DNA of 64,000 nucleotides, taken from NCBI RefSeq assembly GCF_009914755.1, contig NC_060925.1; one strand, 5' to 3'. The first letter of the stretch is position 1, and each line of letters starts with the position of its first letter. Position numbers and translations under genes: made by a program. This DNA is from the human T2T-CHM13v2.0 reference genome, Homo sapiens. This document shows, piece by piece, positions 54,630-64,000 of the stretch. Under the pieces are notes generated by a model. The model worked only from the letters and a program-made list of their open reading frames with translations, did no database searches and was not told the DNA's origin.

Positions 54630-54900
54630 GGCTGGGCACAGTGGCTTACATCCGTAATCCCAGCACTTTGGGAAGCCGAAGTAGGCAGATCACCTGAGGT
54701 CAGGAGTCGGAGACCAGACTGGCCAACATGGTGAGACCCTATCGCTACTAAAAATATAAAAAGTTAGCCAGACATCGTGGTGCATGCCTGTAATCCAAGC
54801 TACTTGGGAGGCTGAGGCAGGAGAATCGCTTGAACTCAGTAGGTGAAGGTTGCAGTGAGATGAGATCATGCCACTGCAAAAAAAAAAAAAAAAACAAAAA
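54630..54900 (+). mobile_element. AluS lacking the last ~35 nt before the A-tail
   Basis: gatcatgccactgc is joined directly to poly-A. Confidence 0.88.
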
Positions 54901-54914
54901 ACACTTGCCATAAA

Positions 54915-55200
54915 TTTCTTCCTTTCTCTTCCTTCCTTCCTTCTTTCCTTTTTTCCTTGCTTCTTTATTCTTTCTTTCCTTCCTCCCTCCCTCTTTTTCT
55001 TTTTTCCTTCTCTTTCCTTTTCTTTCTCCTTTCCTGCCTTCCTTCCTCTTTCTTCTTTCTCTTTCTTTCCCTTCCTTTCTTCTGTTCTCTTTTTTCTTCT
55101 TTTGCTTCCTGCCTCCCTCCTTCCCTCCCTCCCTCTTCCATCCCTTCCTTCCTTCCTTCCTTCCTTCCTTCCTTCCTTCCTTCCTTCCTTCCTTCCTTCT
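54915..55200. repeat. ~285 bp polypyrimidine tract ending in (CCTT)14
   Basis: Nearly purine-free. Perfect CCTT run at 55143-55198. Confidence 0.97.
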
Positions 55201-56556
55201 ACAGTTCAGATCCTTAGAGGGAGCTCATTTACCATATCACATTACAGTTTCAGAATTACAGGGTAAAAAGGGGAAATCAAGTTGCAACTTAGAATTGCTT
55301 AAACAGGCTAGTCAGGGAAGATGAGTACCTCGGGATGTTTTAGTCTGCCCTATGTCTGGAGTCCTAAGGGAACCTCATCCATTCTCTGCTGTGATTGCTA
55401 AGGAATCCCTTAGCAACCCCCAACTCAACACAGGCATTGAAATAAGAATGATAAATTGGAAGAATGAGTTTCAGATTTAAATGATTGTGAACTTACATTT
55501 AACTGCATTTTAACTTATATGAGAGCAAGAGAAGTTTTACTTTAATCATGTCCTGCAGATTTGATAATAAAAAGACTTTATAATCAAATTTGAAGTGGAC
55601 CTGTGTAAGTGGAAGATCTGTATTGTGTACAACTGGAGAATGTATGAAAGAAGGATCTATATTGTATCATGTTATTTTATGCTTTATCTCTGGTAAGCTA
55701 TATTGAATTACATTCCTCAACAGAATTTGAAGTAGGAAATAAGAGTAAGGAGATAATTTCATCCTATAATGAATTTAGGCCTGGAGTTACTTTGATTAAT
55801 ATAAAATTCGACCCATTTCAGTGGCTTCTGACAAAATCTAAACTGCACACTGTGGACTCGAGTCGATAAACAACAGAGAGACTAAGACTGCATGAAGTTA
55901 GGAGATGGACCATCATGAAGGAATATCCTCTGTGTGTCGGGGGATGTGGGGAGTTAGCCATATCTTTGGTTCATGTTAGGTTTAATGGTTAACAAATTAA
56001 AATGCTAAAGAATGTTATGAGTGAACCTCTTTTCCCTTTTGTTTTCTGATTTTCTGCAAAACTTCTGTTCACATAGCAATCCTGGTTTTGTGCCCCATCT
56101 TCTCCTTGCCCCATGAAAGAGAATGGAGTTATCTGATTGGCAGATGCCATCCGTGGTCCGTATTTCTCAACTGAGTAGAAACTGACTCACTAAAAGGCAG
56201 CAAGCCCCAGATCAATAAGAGGCAGAAATCTTATTCTCTAGTGATACTGCAGGATCCTCTAATGAGATCCTGTAGGCAAGCTGGCCCAAGGTCTAGACTT
56301 AGACTTCATTAACATATCTAAAGTCATGTTATCCAATCGGCTTTATTAGTACTAAAGCTGACATTTCTATCTTTATCTAGGTCTGATTTCTCAAATGTAT
56401 CTGAACATGAGAGGAGAGGAAAAAAGATATTATTTACTGATTCCTTCTTATGCATCCTGCATTCTCACCCTAACCTGGAGTGGCCGACACCAGAACTCTC
56501 TCCCTTTATGACAAGCAAATGCCCCGTTTACAAGTAGACAACCTTAATTTACATTG

Positions 56557-56848
56557 TTTTTCTCTTGGAGACAGGGTCTCACCCTGTTGCCCAGGCTCAA
56601 GTGCAGTGGCACAATTATGGCTCACTGCAGCCTTGATCTCCAGTGTTCAAGTGATCCTCCCACCTCAGCCTCCTGAGTAGCTGGGACTACAGCACATGCC
56701 ACCATGCCCAGCTAATTGTTGTATTTTTTGTAGGGATGGAGTTTCACCATATTGCCCAGGCTGGTCTCAAATTCCTGGGCTCAAATGATCCTTCTGCACT
56801 GGCCTCCCAAAATGCTGAGATTTCAGGCCTGAGCCACTGTGCCCGGCC
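56557..56848 (-). mobile_element. AluJ
   Basis: atggctcactgcagccttga and tattgcccaggctggtctcaaattcctgggctcaa. Confidence 0.9.
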
Positions 56849-59099
56849 TAACTTACACTTTCTATAAAATAAAGAAACATGTAATGGGAAGGCCGGAACC
56901 TTAAATTGAAAAACACCTAAGTTAAACTGCTGGCCCATTATGATGTGACTGTGAGCACATACACCTTCTTCCCTGTATCTGTTTTCTCATTTGAAAAGTG
57001 AGGATAATATCTCTCTGGCAAGACTATTTTGAGTATTAAAATAGACATGTAATTATGTGCCTAATATCACATCTGGTGCAGTAGATATTAAGCAAAAGAT
57101 TATTCTTTGTTAGCAATTATAACTACTTCTTAAGCAAAATCAAATTTTCATGATAATGTGTTGCATTTTCTAGTACATTATAGTCAATAAATGTTCATTC
57201 CTTTTACTCCAGACTTACACTCTAACGAATGAGTAATAGAATCCAAAGTAAAGAAATTTTGTTTTGTTTGTTAAATTAAAAAGTGCAATGCAAAAATCTT
57301 ATAAAGAAACATCTGTCAAGTGAAATTCATAAGTTTCTTTACTTGAGAAAGTTCTAGTTTGTGCTTCATTATTTATGGTACAGGTTTAAGATCATGTTGG
57401 GTGGCCCAGCTGTTTCTCCTGTTCATTAGGAACGCTGGGCACTGCATACTTCTTAAATCCAAAAGCAATAGCTCTTTCCCTTATGATCCAGCTCAAGATG
57501 TAGTTAGAGTTAGCTGGACCAAAGGCTGAGTAGGACTATTAACCAGAACTAGGCTCTGCTTCTCCAGCTTTGCATGCTTTCTGTGGTTTATAATGTGATT
57601 GGTAACCAGGAAAGCTCAATATGACTATGTGGGTTAAAATGTATGCAAAATAATAAACAACAGCTTCAGCTTAGGAGAGGCACCATGTTTATTCAAGAAT
57701 ATGACATGATAGCAGTTGGCTTCTGGCATATGAGTTCTTTCTTAAGGCAAACATCAAATGACCCATGTTAGACTTTTTTTTTATTAAAGCCTCATGCACA
57801 TGGTGCTTAGTTGATTTTTAGAAGAAATCAATGAGAAATGTAGGTGAGTACAGGGGAAAAGGGTAGAGAGGGTTAAAAAAAACCTATGAAAACATGAAAT
57901 CAACTTTAGGGATTTTTTTAATCCTTGAAAAAGTAATATTACTGAATCAAATGATAGTCTCTCTATTAAGAAAACACTATACCACTTCTCAAAGTATTTC
58001 TTAATATGCATCTAAAGTTTCATTGTTAAAGAGTCAAATTTTCCAAATCAGAGAAAAGTATTACTTCATGGTTCCCAAGTTTCCAATCACTTAACATATG
58101 AAACATTGAAGTTTTAAGAGTCAAATGCTCCAAGTGAAAAGCATCTGTTTGATGTCGACGAGGTCCTGACAAATTCAGTGTTAAAAGACTCTTTGTGCTG
58201 CTCTTTGAAAATATATCACTTTATAATAAATCTCTGGGCTCTGACACTCTTGGTGATGAGGTTTGCTTTACAGACTTATGCAAGAGGATGTTTGCCACAC
58301 CTGGCTCTTTGTGAGATGAGAGTGGCAGATTTTAAAATAGAAATTAGCATAGAGCTTCAGGTTTAGATGCTGACCTAAGTGCCTTTATTTTCTTTAAATT
58401 TGAGACATATATTATCAGAAGGGTGAAGGTTCTCTCCTCTCCTATCTGATTTTTGATTTCTCCTTTATTTCCAGAAAAGAAGTTATCAAATTATAAAGCG
58501 TGCCAGGAATTAAAGCTGTTGAAAATTTAATTATGAAAGTTGTCAAGACTGTGTCATTATGGCACTAATAACTTCAGATTGTTGGTAACGATTATTTCAG
58601 CCATTGTGGGGACTGGCTTATTTGCACAGAGACTGCATTCGATGTAAAATTTTCTATTTTGTGGTTGCTTCAGGGCGTGAAGGCTATAGTAAAAATAAAT
58701 AGCTTACTCAACATTGAAGAGTATTGTGATGATGAATTAGACACCTAAAATTAGCATACTTCTTTAAAATATTATATGTTCAGTATAGAACTTTTAGACA
58801 CCACAGATAAACGCAAAGAAAATAAATCCTATAATCTAGAAACAAGCACTTTGGCATACACTGATTTCTCCTTACACACACAAATTCACAAACACACAGA
58901 AATATGTATATGTCTTTAAAAAAACATGTACCCCTTCACAAATTGTCCAAGATAGTGGTTGTATTCAAATAATATATTGGGACCATTATTCACTTACTCT
59001 CTCTTTTTCTCTCTGGTGTGTGTGAGAGAATGGTTGCATATTTCATTATGTGGATATCTCACAATGAAACCATCACGTAGCTAAAGAACTAGATGGTCA

Positions 59100-60400
59100 T
59101 CAGTGACTTACATATACTCTCAGGCTTCTCATCTATTTCATTCCTTTTCCCTCCACTATCACAAGTCTCCCGGCCTTCTATCATTCTTTCCCTTTAAAAA
59201 AATAAACTATACACACACGCACACAGTATGTGGCTTATTTTCTCTGGTATTTGGCCTTTGTAAAAATGGGATCATCTTGTTAATGGCCCTCTTTCATCAC
59301 TCAACATTATGTTTAAAGATTCATTCATAATACTGAATGTAATTCACTCCTGTGTAATATTCCATAGTGTTAAAATGCCACCATTTCTCCATTCTGCTAT
59401 TGATGTACATTTGAGTTGTTAGGGATTTGTGTGTGTGTGTGTTGCTCTTATGAGCACCACTGACATGAATATTCTTATGCATGTCTCTTGATGTGCAAAA
59501 ATATCAAGGAGTGAAAATGCTGGATCATAGGTGATGCTAATGTTTGGCTATACAATAAAATATCAAATTATTTTTCAAAGTGAATTCTATCAATTTACAC
59601 TCTCATGCAAATCATACAAAAGTGCATGAAAGTACTAGTTGCTTCATATTGTTGCCCACCCTTGGTAATTTCTATCTTTTCTCATTTTAGCACTTGTTGT
59701 TTTGCTTTAGTGGTATGCACTGTGCTTTAATTAACATTTCGCTGATAACTAGTGAAACTGAACACTTATTTGCGTGTTGATAGACATTGGGATATTTACT
59801 TTTCTAAAGTGTCTGCTCATATCTTTTGTCCATTTCCCATTTGCTTTTTGTTTGTTTAATTGTAAGAATTTTAAAGATCATAATCTGAGTTTATTGTTGC
59901 ACAGACTGGTGACATATAGTCTCCCATTCTTTGCTTTTTCACTCTCTTTGTGGTGTCTTGATAAATTAAGAAACTACTAATGTTAATTTAAGCCAATTTA
60001 TTAATTTTCTTGTTTATGTTTAGCATCTTTTGAGTAGCACCAGTGGTGTTAAGGAAATATTTTTGTCTACACCAAAGTCACAAAGTTATTCTTCTGTGTT
60101 TAAAAGCTTAAGTATATTACTCTTTAGATCTATATTCTATATAATTTGATTTTTGTATATGGTATAGAAGGAATCAAGATTCACTTTTTTCTGTATGGAT
60201 ATTCAACTTACATAGAACCATTTACTGAAATGATTACCCTTTCCCTACCACACTGCCCTGTTACCCTTGTTGTAATCTTGTGACCACATATCTGTGTTTG
60301 TTTCTATTCCCTCTGTTCTTTTGGCCTATTCTTGAAGCGATGGCTCAAAGCATTAATTAGTATCATTTTATAATAAGTCTTGAGGCCTTGTGGCATAAGT
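59100..60400 (-). mobile_element. Old L1M (L1ME/MC-like) 3' region
   Basis: ttctgctattgatgtacatttgagttgtt; atgaatattcttatgcatgtctcttg; atggatattcaactta...catttactgaaa. Confidence 0.72.
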
Positions 60401-60412
60401 CTTGGCATTGTA

Positions 60413-63400
60413 TTTCATTTTTATTTTAACTTTTATTTTAGGTTTGAGGGTACATGTGAAGGTTTGTTACATAGGTAAACATGTGTCATGGGGATTTATT
60501 GTACATATTATTTCATCAGACATTATTTTCTTCATGTGTTAGTTTGTTAAGGATATTTTTCTCCGGCTTTATCCATGTCCCTGCAAAAGACATGATCTCA
60601 TTCTTTTTATGGCTGCATAGTATTCCATGGTGTATACATACCACATTTTCTTTATCCAATCTGTCATTGATGGGTGTTTAGGTTGATTTCACGTCTTTAC
60701 TATTGTGAATAGTGCTGCAATGAACATTCACATGCATGTGTCTTTATGATACAATGATTTATATTCCTCTGGATATATACCCAATAATGGGATTGCTGGG
60801 TAAAATGTTAGTTCTGCTTTTAGCTTTTTTGAGGAATCGCCATACTGCTTTCCACAATGGTTGAACGAATTTACACTCCCACCAACAGTGTATAAGTGTT
60901 GCCTTTTCTCTGCAATCTTGCCAGCATCTATTGTTTTTTGGCTTTCCAATAATAGCCATTCTGACTGGTGTGAGATAGTATCTCATTATGGCTTTGATTT
61001 TCATTTCTCTAATGATCAGAGATAGTGAATTTTTTTTCACATGCTTGTTGGCTGCATGGCTGTTTATGTCCTTTGCCCACTTTTTAATGGGGTTGTTTTT
61101 CTCATAAATTTGTTTAAGTTCCTTATAAATGCTGGGTGTTAGACCTTTGTCAGGTGCATAGTTTGCAATTTGTTCTCCCATTCTGTAGGTTTTCTGTTTA
61201 TGGATGGTTTGTTTTTCTGTTTGTTTTTTGCTGTGTGGAAGCTCTTCAGTTTAATTAGTTCCCATTTGTCAATTTTTGTTTTCATTGCAATTGCTTTTGG
61301 TGTTTTTGTCATTAAATATTTGCCTGTTCCTATGTATTGCCTAGGTTGTCTTCTAGGGTTTTTATAATTTGGGGTTTTACATTTAAGTCTTTGATCCATC
61401 TTGAGTTGATTTTGCATGTGGCATAAGGAAAGGGTCCAGCTTCAATCTTCTGCATATGGCTAGCCAGTTATCCTAGCATCATTTATTAAATAGGGAGTCT
61501 TTTCCCCACTGATTTTTTTTTGTCAGCTTTGTCAAAGATCAGATGGTTGTAAATGTGCAGCCTTATTTCGGGGCTCTCTATTCTGTTTCATTGGCCTGTG
61601 TGCCTCTTTTTGTATAAGTACCATAGTGTTTTGATTACTGTAGCCTTGTAGTATAGTTGGAAGTTGCATAATGTGATGCCTCCAGCTTTGTTCTTTTGGC
61701 TTAGGATTGTGTTGTCTATTCAGGCTCCTTTTTGGTTCCATATGAATATTAAAATAGCTTTTTCTAGTTCTGTAAAGAATGTAGCTGATAGTTTGATAGG
61801 AATAGCATTGAATCTATAAATTGCTTTGGGCAGTATAGTCATTTTAGTGATATTGATTTTTCCTATCCATGAGCATGAGCTGTTTTTCCATTTCTTTGTG
61901 TCTTTTCTGATTTCTTTGAGCAGTGTTTTGTAATTCTCATTGTAGAGACCTTTCACTTCATGTGTATTCCTAGCTGTATTCCTAGATATTTTACTCTTTT
62001 TTGTGGCATTTGTGAATGGGATTGCCTTTCTGATTTGGCTGTTGGTTTGGCTGTTGTTGGTTTATAGGAATGCTACTGATTTTTGCATATTGATTTTGTA
62101 TCCTGAGGCATTGCTGAAATTGCTCATCATCTGGAGGAACTTTTGGGCTGAGACTATGGGATCTTCCAGATATAGAGTCATATCATCTGCAGAGATAGTT
62201 TGACTTCCTCTCTTCCTATTTGGATGCCCTTTATTTCTTTCTCTTCCCTGATTGGTCTAGCTGGGACTTCCAATACTATGTTGAATAGAAGTGGTAGGAC
62301 AGGGCATCCTTGTCTTGTCCCAGTTTTCAAGGTGAAGACTTCCGGCTTTTGCCCATTCAGTATAATGTTGGCTATAGGTTTGTCATAGATGGCTCTTATT
62401 ATTTTGAGGTATGTTCCTTCGATACCTAGTTTATTGAGAGTTTATAACATGAAAGGGTGTGTTATATTTTAGCAAAAGCCTTTTTCTGTATCTATTGAGA
62501 TAAGCATGTGGTTTTTGTCTTTACTTCTGTTTATGTGATGAATCACATTTATTGATTTGTGTATGTTAAATCAACCTTCCATCTCAGGGATGAAGCCTAC
62601 CTGATGATGGTGGATTACTTTTTGATGTGCTGCTAGATTCAGTTTACAATAATTTTGTTGAGGATTTTTGCATCATTGTTCATCAAGGATATTAGCCTGA
62701 AGTTTTCTTTTGTTGTTGTGTCTCTGCCAGGTTTTGGTATCAAGATAATGCTGGCCTCATAGAATGAGTTGAGGAGGAGTCCCTCCTTTCCAGTTTTTTG
62801 GAACGGTTTCTGTAGGAAGGGTACCAGCTCATCTTTGTACATCTGGTACAATCTGGTTGTGAATCCGTCAGGTCCCAGGCTTCGTTTGGTTGGTAGGCTA
62901 TTTATTACTGATTCAATTTCAGAGTTTCTTATTGGTCTTTTCAGGGCATAAATTTCTTCTTCCTGGCTCAGTCTTGAGAGAATGTATGTGACCATGATTT
63001 TATCCACCTCGTCTAGGTTTTCTAGTTTGTGTGCATAGAGGTGTTTGTAGTAGTTTCTGATGGTTGTATTTATTTCTGTGGGGACAGTAGTAACGTTCCC
63101 TTTGTCATTTCTAATTGTATTTATTTGGAGTTCCTCTATTATCTTTTTTAATAGTCTAGCTAGTGGCCTATTTTATTAATTTTTTTCAAGAAAACAACTC
63201 CTGGATTTATTGATCTTTTTAATAACTTTTTGTGTCTTGATTTCCTTCAGTTCAACTCTAATTTTGTATTTTTCTCCTCTGCTAGCTTAGGGGTTGATTT
63301 GTTCTTCTCTAATTCTTTCAGTTGTGCAGTTAGGTTGTTAATTGAGATCTTTCTAACTTTTTGATATAGGCATTAAGTGCTATGAATTTCCCTCTTAACA

Positions 63401-64000
63401 CTGCCTTAGTTGTGTTCCAGAGATTCTGGTATGTTGTATCTTGGTTCTTATTATTTTCAAAGAACTTCTTGATTTCTGCCTCAATTTCATTATTTACCCA
63501 AAAGTCATTCCAGAGCATGCTGTTTAGTTTCCATATAATTGCTTGTTTTTTTAGTGATTTTCATAGTCTTCTATTTTTACTGAGCTGTGGTCCAAGACTG
63601 TGTTTAGTAGATTTCAGTTCTTTTACATTTGCTGAGGATTGTTTTATGTCTAATTATGTGGTTCGTTTTAGAGTATGTGCCATGTGGCAATGAGAAGAAT
63701 GTATATTCTGTTGTTTTTGGGTGGAGAGTTCTATGAAGGTCTATCAGATCCATTTGGTCCAGTGTTGAGTTTAGGTTCTGAATATTTTTGTTAATTTTCT
63801 GCCTCAATGATTTGTCTAATACTGTCAGTGGAGTGTTGAAGTCTCCCACTATTATTGTGTGGTTGTTTATGTGGCTTTGTAGGTCTCTAAGAACTTGCTT
63901 TATGAATCTGGGTGCTCCTATGTTGGGTGCATATATAAATTTAGGATAGTTGACTCTTCTTGCTGAATTGAACCCTTTACCATTATGTAATGCCCTTCTT
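60413..64000 (-). mobile_element. L1PA (older primate, PA13-16-like) 3' UTR and disrupted ORF2, continuing past the window end
   Basis: Minus-strand ORF2 peptides from the endonuclease (MGDFNTPLTVLDKSLRQKINK, 63604-63849) through the RT region (GPDGFT...[15 protein letters not shown]) to the C-terminus. Many stops and frameshifts. Confidence 0.95.

Noticed and set aside
54868-55266. Phe/Leu/Ser/Pro-rich 132 aa ORF resembling a membrane protein
   Set aside because: Translation of a CT-rich simple repeat that cannot contain stop codons.
60413-64000. L1 ORF2 as an active or intact retrotransposon
   Set aside because: ORF2 is broken into many short frames by stops, frameshifts and deletions.

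Overview
Human genomic DNA (a near-consensus AluYb8 is present), AT-rich and dense in repeats. It holds the 3' half of LYPLAL1 (lysophospholipase-like 1) on the + strand: three coding exons (3057-3226, 20513-20628, 21473-21709) carrying the full Ser-Asp-His triad, followed by a 3' UTR. A processed RIMKLB pseudogene lies antisense in the 17.3 kb intron. The roughly 41 kb downstream has no supportable protein-coding gene. It is a mosaic of L1, Alu, L2/MIR, MaLR and ERV LTRs, a decayed class III (ERV-L/HERV-S-like) provirus body, a MER30 DNA transposon and microsatellites. I found no convincing new multi-gene system. The best leads are: (1) a MER21-type LTR fragment joined to the RIMKLB retrocopy where an LTR splice donor would be expected; (2) an unexplained old ~160 bp duplication at 46.2/47.4 kb that aligns without gaps; (3) a G10 run at the exon 3 acceptor with an in-frame alternative acceptor; (4) candidate LYPLAL1 poly(A) signals inside transposon remnants; (5) a tRNA-Ser PBS remnant and an env-like tail on the class III ERV. 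Repeat family names come from recalled consensus sequences, not a RepeatMasker run, and boundaries of old repeats are approximate.
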